A stretch of DNA of 61,827 bases, counting the filler, from Sanchytrium tribonematis (Eukaryota): assembly GCA_018985235.1 (NCBI GenBank). It is 12 parts of 12 records of this genome, joined end to end, with 100 filler letters (N's around TTAATTAATTAA, not from the genome) between each part and the next. Parts side by side here need not be neighbours in the genome. Positions count along the whole stretch, not along the records: positions 22,455 to 25,991 come from JADGIG010000851.1; positions 26,092 to 29,621 come from JADGIG010000852.1; positions 29,722 to 33,244 come from JADGIG010000853.1; positions 33,345 to 36,861 come from JADGIG010000854.1; 8 more parts are not named here. One strand, written 5' to 3'. Made by a program: the position numbers and the translations under genes. Below the pieces are notes generated by a model. It was not told where the DNA came from. It ran no database searches and saw only the letters and a program-made list of their open reading frames with translations. Below, one piece after another: positions 23,869 through 35,574 of the stretch. How positions within the stretch are numbered: position 1 is the first letter of the stretch; each line of letters starts with the position of its first letter.

Positions 23869-24552
23869 TCATGTGATTTTATTGAATGACCAAAAAGAAA
23901 ACAAACAAATCAAAATGACCCCACTAATACCTGCTCCAACAATGGAGAATGTACTCCGTGTCCCCAGATTATCCTTATGTTGTTTTAATCGATCCAATGT
24001 TTGTGTCAATGGCACAATAGTTTCTTTATAATAAGCGGTACGATACTCTGGAGATTCTCCAAATGCTTCTAAAATACATTGTCCATTTTCTAATACATTG
24101 TTACATTGTGTGGTAATCTCAGAATCCACAGTAGAACAAATTCCTAAATCCAAATTGAATAAAGTGACATTATGATAACAATGTTCTGATTTCCCAGCAT
24201 GTTTACAATAATCACCGACTGGATTGACGCCTTTCTGACAAACAGGCTTAAAAGCACAAGTGGCATGCAACTCATTATTGGCATCATTTTTCCATTTTTC
24301 ATTGATTTCAATATGAGATTGTGCCACATTTATTTTTCTTTTGGTATCATAGATGCCAAATGAGGATACTGCTAATATTACTAATGTGGTTAGTGCTGCA
24401 ACAATTCTTTTACGATTTAAATGGGTTGGTTTTGAGTTTGTTGGCAATGATCTCTTTTTTAAACCCATTAAATGAATTGAGGGATATTCCACATTGAGCA
24501 TTTGACTATCATACCAAAGCCCCTTATCAAAAACAAGAGCATTTTCAAGCAT
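23869..24552 (-). CDS. Hypothetical two-TM protein with Cys-rich loop
   Basis: Hydrophobic segments IVAALTTLVILAV and FSIVGAGISGVILICLF flanking a Cys-rich region. Confidence 0.6.
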   Translation of the reverse strand: MLENALVFDKGLWYDSQMLNVEYPSIHLMGLKKRSLPTNSKPTHLNRKRIVAALTTLVILAVSSFGIYDTKRKINVAQSHIEINEKWKNDANNELHATCAFKPVCQKGVNPVGDYCKHAGKSEHCYHNVTLFNLDLGICSTVDSEITTQCNNVLENGQCILEAFGESPEYRTAYYKETIVPLTQTLDRLKQHKDNLGTRSTFSIVGAGISGVILICLFSFWSFNKIT

Positions 24553-24813
24553 ATTCGGCGTATTTAAATAGAATTACATCAAGTGAATATTCAAGAGACC
24601 CAAAATGACACTGGTGTTTTCCTGACACTGATTGGATGTCATATTCATGGACTTTGGTGATTCCCCGAATGCCACCATTTAAGACAAATTCACACTGTAT
24701 GTTAAATAAAAGATGTTTCGGAATGAAGTACCAATTTGTACAAATTAACCCTTGATGTTTTGATTCGCCAAAATATATTTGGTTAATGTTACTTGCAATT
24801 TCCCCTAGTAAAC

Positions 24814-25731
24814 ATGATGATGATCATTTACATTCTGTTACATGCTCAAAAAATACTGCAATCTTCAGAAAAGACATATCAAATTAATCCATCTCTTAGA
24901 ATAACAGCGAAAACTCGAGCGAAAATTGTCCAATATGAGAATCAAGTAAGAAAATCATTTCAAATGACCAGACCAGATATGCTACATAATTATCCTGCGA
25001 TTGAAAATGCGAAACGATTAACTTATAATTGTTTATTGAATGAAATTGAAATTTTAAATTATTTACATCAACAATATCATCCAAATATTGTGAAAATAAT
25101 AGATTTTAGAATTAATAAGCATAAACAGTATGCAGCATATGTTATGGATTACTATAAAAGTGATTTATTTACTTTAATTGAACATCCAAATGATAATTTG
25201 GATATTTATTTAAAAATTGTGTATCAAGTACTTTCCGCATTACATCATCTAGCAACAAAAGGTATAGCGCATCGAGATATTAAGCCAGAAAATATATTTT
25301 TAGATGATCAAAATAATGCTATTTTGGGTGATTTCGGATTTGCAACTTCAGCAGATACGGTGAATACCGTCCCTGGAACTAAAACTTATGCATCTCCAGA
25401 AGTTCAATATTGTGCAACACTAAAAGATCCTCAGAACTGCGCTTATAATCCTAGATTATCTGACTTGTATTCATTTGGAGTTAGTCTCTTTTATTTGTTT
25501 AATTTTGAAAGTAAAATGACAACATTTATGGAAAAGATTGTCGTAAAATGCATGAATTTGACACAGGAAGAATACGATATTTTGCAGCAAAAAATTCAAT
25601 TAAATCACCAAGAAAAAAAGGATACCGTTGCAGCTTTGGTAACTTTGCTGATTCAGTGCAAACCAGAAAATAGACCATCTGCAGGGAATTTAATGCAATT
25701 GCCAATTTTTCAGCAGTACAGGGCAACCTGA
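24814..25731 (+). CDS. Divergent Ser/Thr protein kinase with short hydrophobic leader
   Basis: HPNIVK, HRDIKPEN, DFG, GTKTYASPE, DLYSFG; starts MMMIIYILLHA. Confidence 0.88.
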   Translation: MMMIIYILLHAQKILQSSEKTYQINPSLRITAKTRAKIVQYENQVRKSFQMTRPDMLHNYPAIENAKRLTYNCLLNEIEILNYLHQQYHPNIVKIIDFRINKHKQYAAYVMDYYKSDLFTLIEHPNDNLDIYLKIVYQVLSALHHLATKGIAHRDIKPENIFLDDQNNAILGDFGFATSADTVNTVPGTKTYASPEVQYCATLKDPQNCAYNPRLSDLYSFGVSLFYLFNFESKMTTFMEKIVVKCMNLTQEEYDILQQKIQLNHQEKKDTVAALVTLLIQCKPENRPSAGNLMQLPIFQQYRAT

Positions 25732-25991
25732 AGAGGATGATAATAAATATCTTCTAATTTTTAAATAATTCTCAACTTTTACCGCGTTCCATTAAATATT
25801 TGCAAATAAAATCCATTTATTTTAATATTTATGATCAAATTGATTGAGTAAAAAGTCTAATTTCATGACTTCATCTGTCCGTTGTGAATTGGTGTGAAAT
25901 GATTGGAAATGACGTCTTTTTTCTTGTTCTCTTTTGAATGATTTGTGGCAAACTGGACATTGATGGGCTCTGTACTCTATATGGGTTAATA

Positions 25992-26091
25992 NNNNNNNNN
26001 NNNNNNNNNNNNNNNNNNNNNNNNNNNNNNNNNNNTTAATTAATTAANNNNNNNNNNNNNNNNNNNNNNNNNNNNNNNNNNNNNNNNNNNN
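25992..26091. other. Artificial contig linker
   Basis: N44-TTAATTAATTAA-N44. Confidence 0.98.
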
Positions 26092-27313
26092 AAGAAATTT
26101 ACCTTTGGATTTGCAATTTTATTTATATTTGCATTACATGGACTGAATGCAATCAAAATATTGTTTCTCGTAAGCACTAATTATCTAATCACTATAAAAT
26201 ACGGAAAGTCTGGAACCGTGGTACTTGGGCTTTGGATATGGCATGTTTTCATGATTCTATTTATTGAAAGGATAGATTTTAAAGTATCTTTCGAAGGAAT
26301 TATTTCTCAATGGATTGTATATTATAAATTTAATATTCTAAGAATGATTTCTTTCACAATGGATTATTACTGGTCCCACGATTATGCAGCCATTGATAGG
26401 CGAATCAGTGATAAAAAAGCAAGAATAGAAACACCTTGTAAAGAATCTAATTATAAACCTTATCTAAGATATATTTTGTACCCTCCGCTTTATTTAGCAG
26501 GCCCCATTATAACTTTTAATGATTTTATTCATCAAGAAAATAAAATTACACAATCTTCCATTACACGACATATTAAGCCGCTTTTGACGTACCTAGTTCG
26601 ATTCGTCGCATTGGTGTTATTCATGGAACTTTTCTCTAGGTTTGCATACGTCAATGCAATTACAAAAGATGGAAAAAGACACGGATTTCATAGTTATACG
26701 AGTATTCAACTTTGCATGATAGGATATTTGGCTTTAATGCATATTTGGCTCAAATTAATGATTCTTTGGAGGTTTTTTAGACTGTGGGCCATGTTGGATG
26801 GTATAGAAACAGAAGAAAATATGACTAAATGTATGAGTAATCACTATTCTGCAATGAATTTTTGGAAACACTGGCACAAGTCTTTCAACAAATGGATGGT
26901 CAGATATCTTTACATTCCACTAGGTGGAAACAAGACCTATTTGTGGAATATTTGGCTAGTATTCAGTTTTGTGGCGATATGGCATGACATAGAGCTGAAA
27001 TTGCTAATTTGGGGTTGGGTTATCGTATTATTTATTTTGCCAGAATACGTTTGTAGGAAAATATTTAAACAATTTAAAGTAATTCAAATTTATATAGAAT
27101 CATCCATATTACGATGATTTAGCAGCTGTAGGAGGTGTCATAAATATATGCTTGATGATGACTGGAAATTTAGTAGGATATGCTTTGGGCGTAGACGGCA
27201 CAAAGATGCTACTAACTGATATACTATCAAGCCCATTCCAATTTGCTTATGTATTATTTTTGCTATTTTTTGCTGTTCATTTTATGTTTTTTATCGAAAA
27301 GAAATTTAAATAA
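26092..27313 (+). CDS. GUP1: MBOAT acyltransferase Gup1/HHAT-like (5'-partial), 2 exons seen
   Basis: LRMISFTMDYYW, YPPLYLAGPIITFNDF, FWKHWHKSFN, FVAIWHD; second exon INICLMMTGNLVGYALGVDG. Confidence 0.92.
27079..27097 (+). other. 19-nt spliceosomal intron
   Basis: GTAATTCAAATTTATATAG; joins to the Gup1 C-terminal motif. Confidence 0.9.
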
Positions 27314-27322
27314 AATTATTTC

Positions 27323-29621
27323 ATGTCGGACCAACTTTGGGAGGAAAATGTCAAAAATATGGTTTTGCAGGCAATTCACAACTCACCAGAACATGAGAAG
27401 CTATTTGAATTAATCATTCCAGTATTATTCAAGGGAATTTCAAAGATGCTAGATGTTTATGTTGACATTGACGAAAACCGATCCCATTTAGGTCAGATAG
27501 CGCAAAGGTCATTGCTTTTTAATTTTGAACTACCTATTAAATTGGGTTCTAAATATGTGCTGGAAAAAGTACCACCTTTATTATGGCTTGGACAGTGGAT
27601 ACTAAGAAATCAAGATACGACTTTAAGAGATAGGAATATCACAAAGTCAATTCAAGTATTTCAAGCAAGAATACACCAAGAAGCATTTGATAGTGCATAT
27701 CAAATATGTTATGAAGATTTGAAGGCAAAAATGTTGGAAGAAAAATCTGAAATTCAAAAAGGAATCTTTAATATACTGAAAAATAAGCTGAATGGACTAG
27801 TGCAAAGTTTGGGAGAAGCGTTTGAAGTTGATTTGTTGGATTCAAAAGTATCGGGTATCGATTATAAATATATTTGTGATATAATAGAAGATGCGGAGAT
27901 GAAAAGTGTTGACCAGAAAGATGAAACATTTTTATCCTTCATTGAGAGACTTGCTCTCGTCAATCATGAGGACATTCTGAAACTAAAGCTCGATGATCTG
28001 AAATTATTAAATATAAATAATATAGGGAAAAACCTTAACTTGAGAAAGTATTATTCAACATATTTAGATGCCAAAATTGCTGCACAAGAATTAGCGATTG
28101 AAAAAAATCATGACTCGATATCTTATCCAGAGAAACAGTTAGCAATCGATCAAGTATGGACAATATCAAAAATTAATGTCAACAAGATTTTAACACTAAT
28201 TTCCACAAATCAAAGACAATTTTCAAGAGATTGCGAGGAATTGAAATTCAAATATCCAATGCAGATGTTATATCAAAACATTGATTTAAATCAAATCGGT
28301 AGATTTCTAAAGTTTGTGAGTCAGGAGCTCCAGCTTTTGATACAATATGAAATTAAAAATTTTTTAAAGCTAGAAAATGAAAAACCAACTCTAAATGTTA
28401 TTTCAAAAAATGAGGACATATTAAACGAGACGAGTCACATTATTGAGGATAAAACGGCAGTTAAAGAAATCGTGGAAAAAGTTATAAAAGAACAATTTCA
28501 AGATACAATTCCAACTGATGCCAATGTTGTATTATTTGATAATCCAATAAATATAGAAGAATTTAAGAAGCTACACATACCTTCTGTGGATTTAAATTAT
28601 ATAGATATTGCCAAAAAGTTGTCGAAAAAAAATATTGAAAGTTCAGAACTCGAAAATTATCAAGTTTATGACAATGATACTTGCACTGCAACTGATACTG
28701 GTGTACAAATATGCATCAAAGATAGCGAAAACTTATCGGATTTAAATTTGAGCAACCAAACGCAAAGAATTGTCCAAGACTTGAAAACTGAAAATGAGGC
28801 GGAAATCCTTAATGCAAATCCTACCCCTATCCCTGAAGCAACTAGAAGCAATTTTGTAAAGGAAGCAGGAGAGGTAGAAAAAACGGAATTTCAGAATAGT
28901 TACACAAATAATGATCTTAATATAAAAAATATAATCTCCACCAATGAAAATGAAGATGCACCCCGGGATTTTGCGAATCTGATTATCAGTGAGGGGAAAT
29001 TTGAAATAGTGAACTCAAATGTCGAAGGCTACAGCTCTGATCAAATTGTCAAAGAATTCTGTAGTATGGAAACACAAAACTCTGACTTGAAACTCGATGT
29101 CAAAAAATTCCAAGTTGCTTTTGAGGTAGTAAAACTTTATGCAACTGAAAACAAAGGATTTAATGAGCTAAATAAGGGTAAAGAAGAAAACGCTGGTGAA
29201 TATCCAGTGGAAATAGAAAAAATAACTGCGTATTATGCTCCAAAAGTCAATTCTGAACATGAATTTAAGGGCTTCAGTGTTAACGATGAATTGCAAATCA
29301 CGGAAAACTCTGATGTTCTTTCGAAAACAGCAAAAAGTCCATCTGGACCATCAGACAGCGATTTTATACCAACAAATGGAGCAGATTTGAGAATTACTAC
29401 TAATAGCGAACATTATTACGAGGAGCCCTTAATTTTAATAGATTCCAATATACGCGGTACATTTGATGGTCTAAGATCTGTTCCTTCACAAATTTACGGG
29501 GACCCTAATCAGAATGAAAACCAAGAATCTGAAACCAGGTCATACTCCAGCAATTTATTAAATATCTCCATTTCAGCACCCCGATCTGAGAATCCGCCAC
29601 ATTTAATTCTGAAACTACAGA
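27323..29621 (+). CDS. Large hypothetical protein with acidic low-complexity C-half (3'-partial)
   Basis: Open frame of over 760 codons; PLLWLGQWILRN resembles a Dpy-30-like helix. Confidence 0.7.
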
Positions 29622-29721
29622 NNNNNNNNNNNNNNNNNNNNNNNNNNNNNNNNNNNNNNNNNNNNTTAATTAATTAANNNNNNNNNNNNNNNNNNNNNNN
29701 NNNNNNNNNNNNNNNNNNNNN
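29622..29721. other. Artificial contig linker
   Basis: N44-TTAATTAATTAA-N44. Confidence 0.98.
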
Positions 29722-29897
<176 letters not shown>

Positions 29898-29920
29898 TTA
29901 TAAAGGAGATTTGAGAAATT

Positions 29921-29980
29921 TGATTGGATCATGGGTTTTTTGAGAGATGATTGGTGAATAGAAAGATGAAATGTGATTGG
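29921..29980 (-). promoter_or_regulatory. Three CCAATCA boxes upstream of H3
   Basis: ATTGG on + strand at 29923, 29950 and 29976, each preceded by TG. Confidence 0.6.
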
Positions 29981-30170
29981 TTAAAATTTCTTTCAACATT
30001 GACAGACATGGGGCTATTTCTAACATGTTTTCGCGATCTTTGATACTTTGAATGGAGGATTTGACTGTCCATGTCTTGGTAATTGAAAGTCTTGCTACTT
30101 CTATATTATATTCATGTGATTGGTTAGAGTCTTTCTACAATTTTCACGACTTTCTACAAATTACCCATCC

Positions 30171-31715
30171 ATGTCATTGAGACGTGTCAATTCATCATTT
30201 TTCAATGATAAAATAGAGAAACTACTACACTGTAAATTCCTCAGTCTAGAAGATGAATTATTTATCATAGAAATCAAAATCAAAAATACTGGAATTTCAA
30301 ATGATTTGAATTATGGTTTAGAAATCAACAACCATGTCATCAAAATATCCCCATTATTACCCTATAAATTACATGAATCTACTGAATTCAACCAAGTTGG
30401 AATCCATTTTAGCATCCACGACCAAATCATTCGTTTTTGTGTCCCTAAACAAGATTATATCCATTTTATCCAATTAGAATTAATGACAGATAGCAATGAA
30501 TTGGTTTTATTCAAGGGATTCCCAGTAGTCCGTAGAAATAACCCATATGGCTGTTTCTTATTCTATATTTTACAATTTGGTAAAGAATCCGTGAATAAAA
30601 TGGCAAAACACTCCAATATTGATTTATCCTCCTATAACATCCTCAGTAAATCCAAAAAAATACCTGGTAGATGTAAATTAAACCCAGATTTAATTAATTT
30701 GCATTCTGATGATGTAGTCGTCATTCACAAGAAAATCGAATATTTCTTTTCTCCAAACAAGGAATTGAATATTTTATTGTTCAAAAGATTCTTTTTAAAT
30801 GAATTGACTGAATCAGAATCCAATGACGTCGACCAAGTCATTTCCAAATACACCACATGGTTATTTGAGTACAATAAACACAAATCATTCGAAATAGAAA
30901 TCAAGCAAAAGAAATTCGTGGCTTATGCACTATTTCTATCTGCAATATTGCGTGTGGCATCTGATTTTTTAGGCCATTTTCAATTTACAAATCAAATTTT
31001 TTGGATTATATTTGGATTTGTAGATTTCTCAAGTCATTCTTCAACTTATATCTTTGCGTATTTAGGCACTAGATTGTTATTGTATCAATTGGCATTAAAA
31101 TATGAGCATGATACATTTAAAGAACAATTTGAAAGATTGAATATTTTATCAGAAGGATTCTCATTTAAAGACACGCAACACTTGCTAGATTCCATGTTGG
31201 TCCATTTAAATAAAGCAGAACGCATTAAACAATCACAATCATTCCAATTACATGCTATATTTCAATTTAAATCACAATCTTTTTTGAAACAATTTCGTGA
31301 TCAAATTAAAAATGAAGTATTGCCTTCTAAATCACTCACCATCCATACATTTTTAGAAATATTAAATCACAAACAATGTGGTATGATTCAGAATACTGCA
31401 TATTATCCACAATTCACTCCAAATGGGATGATTTTACATTATTCCAATTCAAATCAAATGCTACCCCATGATCTATTATTAAAAATGAGTGATTATCATT
31501 TAAATATACAATTTATGTATTATAAATCATTAAATATGGAATATAGTGAGTGTATTTATTTATTATATTTCATTTCTCATTTTGAAACCTTGAAACAGAA
31601 TAAAACATTACCAATATTAAAATCAAATCAAGTATTGAATATAAAAGAGGATTTGATTCATGATTGTTATAATGGCACTATAGAGAATACTCTCAAATAT
31701 ATTGGACTGATTTAA
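30171..31715 (+). CDS. Hypothetical protein
   Basis: Open frame of over 500 codons in AT-rich DNA; no motif recognised. Confidence 0.65.
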   Translation: MSLRRVNSSFFNDKIEKLLHCKFLSLEDELFIIEIKIKNTGISNDLNYGLEINNHVIKISPLLPYKLHESTEFNQVGIHFSIHDQIIRFCVPKQDYIHFIQLELMTDSNELVLFKGFPVVRRNNPYGCFLFYILQFGKESVNKMAKHSNIDLSSYNILSKSKKIPGRCKLNPDLINLHSDDVVVIHKKIEYFFSPNKELNILLFKRFFLNELTESESNDVDQVISKYTTWLFEYNKHKSFEIEIKQKKFVAYALFLSAILRVASDFLGHFQFTNQIFWIIFGFVDFSSHSSTYIFAYLGTRLLLYQLALKYEHDTFKEQFERLNILSEGFSFKDTQHLLDSMLVHLNKAERIKQSQSFQLHAIFQFKSQSFLKQFRDQIKNEVLPSKSLTIHTFLEILNHKQCGMIQNTAYYPQFTPNGMILHYSNSNQMLPHDLLLKMSDYHLNIQFMYYKSLNMEYSECIYLLYFISHFETLKQNKTLPILKSNQVLNIKEDLIHDCYNGTIENTLKYIGLI

Positions 31716-31767
31716 ATAAATTTTTTTACTTAAAAATAGAAAAATTCTTTGATTTATTTCAATTTTT

Positions 31768-32033
31768 TTATTGTTGAAATAAGTCAAAATCAGTATCAGT
31801 GACTTGACCCCTCATGTTTAGTGAATACTTTTTCTATACATAATTTTAATAATTTAACAGTTAGTTTATTTTGACTAAATAAGAAGTATATGGAGTGAAT
31901 GGTACCTTTTAATTTGTACAAATTTATGTGGTGACTTGATAGCGTGGGCAAGATGCGTATTAGAATTTGGAAGAATTGGAACTTCTTGGTCATTATCAAT
32001 TCATTCTGCTAAGAAATGCATCAAAAAGTACGT
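31768..32033 (-). pseudogene. Decayed paralog of the 32065-32592 gene
   Basis: Start codon ATG>ACG, in-frame TGA, internal deletion and frameshift; keeps NKLTVKLLKLCIEKVFTK and D.DLFQQ*. Confidence 0.7.
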
Positions 32034-32064
32034 GTTTGTTTTGCAGTCATTTATTTAAGTTTTT

Positions 32065-32592
32065 TTATTGCGAAAATAAATAAATATCTCGATCGTTGAC
32101 TCCAATTTTTTCAAATTTAGTGTATACTTTTTCAATGCATAATTTTAATGAATCAACAGTCACTTTATTTTCACCAGAAAAGTCAACTGTCATTTGGAGT
32201 TCAAAACTTTGAAAATGTACAGAATAATCTGTATCATCCAAATCTGTATAAATTTGATGGAGCAACACACTTAATAAAGTGGAAAATGTATTCATTGGAT
32301 GAGATGCAATTTGATAAGCATATTCATATTTTTCGGTGATTAATGGAATTTGTTCAGGTATGACTTTGTATAGCATCAATTTGTCTGCTAAATATCGAAT
32401 GACATATCTCTTAATTATACTTGTTCCACTCTTAAATGTTAGAAACACCTGATCATTCCGTGGAATTGGTCTTCTTAAGATGGCTTGGGCAAGTTTCTCT
32501 TCGGGACTACTAGGAGTCTTAGAATTTCCAAGAAGCGGGACTTTTGCATCATCTCTTTTTCGAAATGCAAAGAAATACAACCAAAAAAACAT
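32065..32592 (-). CDS. Lineage-specific putative secreted protein (tandem family member)
   Basis: MFFWLYFFA leader; KRYVIRYLADKLMLYK shared with neighbour. Confidence 0.7.
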   Translation of the reverse strand: MFFWLYFFAFRKRDDAKVPLLGNSKTPSSPEEKLAQAILRRPIPRNDQVFLTFKSGTSIIKRYVIRYLADKLMLYKVIPEQIPLITEKYEYAYQIASHPMNTFSTLLSVLLHQIYTDLDDTDYSVHFQSFELQMTVDFSGENKVTVDSLKLCIEKVYTKFEKIGVNDRDIYLFSQ

Positions 32593-32803
32593 GTTTGACC
32601 CTAATCACTCCAGCAGAATTGATTTTTTCATCCTGTTATTGGCCAGCCCCCTTTATATTGAAACAATTGCAAATTTTCATCTCGAATTTGAAGAAGAAGA
32701 AAATTTATTGAGGGAGTCTCTCCAATTTGCAGTGATAATCTCTTTGACAATGCACAAATCATCCAATTTAAAATGATGCAATTTCAACTTCAAAGATATT
32801 ACT

Positions 32804-33244
32804 TTATTGAGGTAGCTTAAACAAATCCAAATCAGATCCAGTGGCTTCTTGACTTTGTTGTTGAGTATGAATCATATTGAAATATCGCATAAATATTTCA
32901 TTCGTCAATTGAAAATCACGTTCAATCACAGTAAATTGACTCTCGGTTCCTTTTTGAAATACAATAGAAATGCCAGATTGGTTAATATCCTTTTTAATAT
33001 AATTTAATAATGTCCCTAATGAAGTTGGAAATGGACCCAAATCATGAAATACAATTTTATCAAAATAAAATGGTGTATCATGAAAACGATATGGATCATT
33101 TTGATTTGCAATTTGAGATGTGGTGGTCTTGTACAACACCCATTTATCAAGATCATATTGAATCACATATTTCCTCAAGAGTTTTTTGCTTCTTTTAACA
33201 GAAATGAAGAATTGATTTTCAATTGGATTATTCTGATTTAAAAT
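32804..33244 (-). CDS. Tandem family member (5'-partial)
   Basis: RKYVIQYDLDKWVLYK and C-terminal DLDLF match the neighbouring paralog. Confidence 0.6.
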   Translation of the reverse strand: MLNQNNPIENQFFISVKRSKKLLRKYVIQYDLDKWVLYKTTTSQIANQNDPYRFHDTPFYFDKIVFHDLGPFPTSLGTLLNYIKKDINQSGISIVFQKGTESQFTVIERDFQLTNEIFMRYFNMIHTQQQSQEATGSDLDLFKLPQ

Positions 33245-33344
33245 NNNNNNNNNNNNNNNNNNNNNNNNNNNNNNNNNNNNNNNNNNNNTTAATTAATTAA
33301 NNNNNNNNNNNNNNNNNNNNNNNNNNNNNNNNNNNNNNNNNNNN
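33245..33344. other. Artificial contig linker
   Basis: N44-TTAATTAATTAA-N44. Confidence 0.98.
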
Positions 33345-33651
33345 AATAGCATTGATCTTTGAATTGAGCAACAAATATTCTTTTGAAAATTGAATTATTA
33401 GGGACAATTTCGCATATCTTTTCATCTGATGCATTTTTAACAATACCTATACGTTTATGAAAAGTTAGATTAGAGCTACTTGTACTTATCAATACTCTGC
33501 CATCCTGTGATATTGTGTGTTTTTTAATATTGTAAATGAATGAATTTGAAACTTCATTGGTAGAAAATGTGAGTTCGGGTGAACAGAATGTATGGCGAAT
33601 TGTATATGTGATGTATTCAGATGGGTCGGATTCGGAATTGGGATTCATCAT
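33345..33651 (-). CDS. Hypothetical protein (3'-partial)
   Basis: Open frame running to the contig edge; beta-rich; no confident family. Confidence 0.45.
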
Positions 33652-33735
33652 TGACAAATGAATTGGACATATTTTGAATGTTTCTGACCAATTAATTCGT
33701 CTGAGAATATATTAAATCGTAAACTAAGAACAAGG

Positions 33736-34638
33736 TTATTTTACATTTATTTTTAAAAAGTCATGATTGAGTGCTGTCTTAAGATCTCTATTATTCGCTC
33801 TATCACACAAATATGTCACAAATTGAAAAAAGAGACTTTTTCTCCAAGCTGCAAACCAATTCCAATCTGATTTAAATGTGGGAGGGCTGACATCTGATGG
33901 AGTCACATTTGCATTTTCTATTTCTTCTGCCTCTTCCTTTATAATATAAAACTCCAAATAAAGAGAACCAACTGTAGATCCAATATGATATATATCCAAT
34001 TTATGATTCACATATTCCTTCATTGGATAAATTAGCATTTCTGGTGGCAAATAATATAATGTACCCTGAATTGTTTTACTTTTTTCTTCCCTTGTTGCCA
34101 AATGAAAATCAATTAGAATGCATCTGGGTTGTTTACCAGCTTGAAAATGCATCATGACATTCTCTGGTTTAATATCACGATGGGCTATTCCTTGTTTATT
34201 TAGATACCGCACCGCTTTTAGTAATTGTTTCGCCGCATTTCGCATCAATTTTATAAATTTGGACTGATTTTCTTTTATTTCTAATGCATATTCACGTAAA
34301 TTCATTGGGTAATATGGCAATATGATGTTTACACAGCTATATCTCACTTTTCTATTTGCAATTGTAAATTCTGTAAATATGGGAAATTCCAAGTAATTAT
34401 CACGTTCTATTATATTGTATGATATTAGATTGATAATATTAGCATGATCAAGTGATTGTAACATTTCAAATTCCATTTTAATGTCATTTATCATTTCTGA
34501 TGGGATGCAAGTTTCTTTAATGACTTGATTGTCATTTAATTGATTTTTACTGATATTTGTGACTTTGAATTCCCTTTCATTCAATTTCTGAATATACAAA
34601 TATGGCAATTTAGCAAGTACTACTGAAATCACAATCAT
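33736..34638 (-). CDS. Divergent protein kinase with short hydrophobic leader
   Basis: HANII, HRDIKPEN, DFH, GTLYYLPPE, DIYHIG; starts MIVISVVLA. Confidence 0.87.
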   Translation of the reverse strand: MIVISVVLAKLPYLYIQKLNEREFKVTNISKNQLNDNQVIKETCIPSEMINDIKMEFEMLQSLDHANIINLISYNIIERDNYLEFPIFTEFTIANRKVRYSCVNIILPYYPMNLREYALEIKENQSKFIKLMRNAAKQLLKAVRYLNKQGIAHRDIKPENVMMHFQAGKQPRCILIDFHLATREEKSKTIQGTLYYLPPEMLIYPMKEYVNHKLDIYHIGSTVGSLYLEFYIIKEEAEEIENANVTPSDVSPPTFKSDWNWFAAWRKSLFFQFVTYLCDRANNRDLKTALNHDFLKINVK

Positions 34639-34713
34639 TTCACCCTGTTTCTCCTTTAAAAAATAGTGATTTCAAATTTCACACGTGATCTCATGACAAA
34701 TGATTTATATCAT

Positions 34714-35486
34714 TTATTGACAATGTAGAAAAGGATGTAATAATCCCATCGTTGCTGTTGGTCGATTTTCTGCACTTTTTTCCAAATAATCTAAAAAATT
34801 AAAAAATTGCAACAATTCTTTTTTGATTCTGTTGTCAAATGTCTCAAATCTAGATTTCCAAACTTTTTAATATACAATGTATTCAAGGTTGCACCAATAT
34901 TGTAAATATCCACTAGACTATTTTCAAAAGATGGACAATGTTTATAATAGAGATAGCATTCAATTTCGGGTGGAAAATAATATTCTTCGTATTGGATGTT
35001 GTGGCTTTTTAATGCTCTAGTAGCGCCTCCAAGTCCAACTAATCTAAATTTAGGAGCATCCTCTTGGATGTCCACAATTATGTAATTTGGATTGATATTT
35101 CGATGATAAAGGCCTTTTCCATGCAAATATTCTACGGCATTTAATAAATCAAGTGCAACTTGCTTTAATATAGACAAAAAATACTTTATATCTGTAATTC
35201 CACTTAAATACTTCGCAATAATCAAAGGGCTTACCGCCATAACTTCCATATTCAAATAGTAGCATCTATATGCTTTATGGTATTCGCAAGAAATAAATTC
35301 GGATCCTTTTACAATGTTACGATGTTCAATCGGGGATGTAATTACATGTTCATTAATCATATTATAAATTTCAGGATCTTCTTTTTCTCCATTTGGTACA
35401 CAATGCTCTCTTTGTAAACGGAATCCAATATTTGTGATATCCACATTGTACAAATTAATTGCAAATAATGGCAAATACCAAAACAT
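34714..35486 (-). pseudogene. Pseudokinase paralog with a frameshift near the 3' end
   Basis: HRNINPNY (no catalytic Asp), GLG in place of DFG; the C-terminal ENRPTATMGLLHPFL lies in another frame after an A6 run near 34820. Confidence 0.65.
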
Positions 35487-35574
35487 AGTTGTGTTTCCTC
35501 CTATATTAATTCACACAAATCATGGCATGTCACATGAAGTTTCATGGTGCACATTGTCATCAGCAAATTAATAT

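Noticed and set aside
4117..27313. Split ORFs as pseudogenes, programmed frameshifts or stop-codon reassignment
   Set aside because: The breaks in conserved genes are each resolved by a GT-AG intron with a shared consensus; TAA, TAG and TGA all terminate genes
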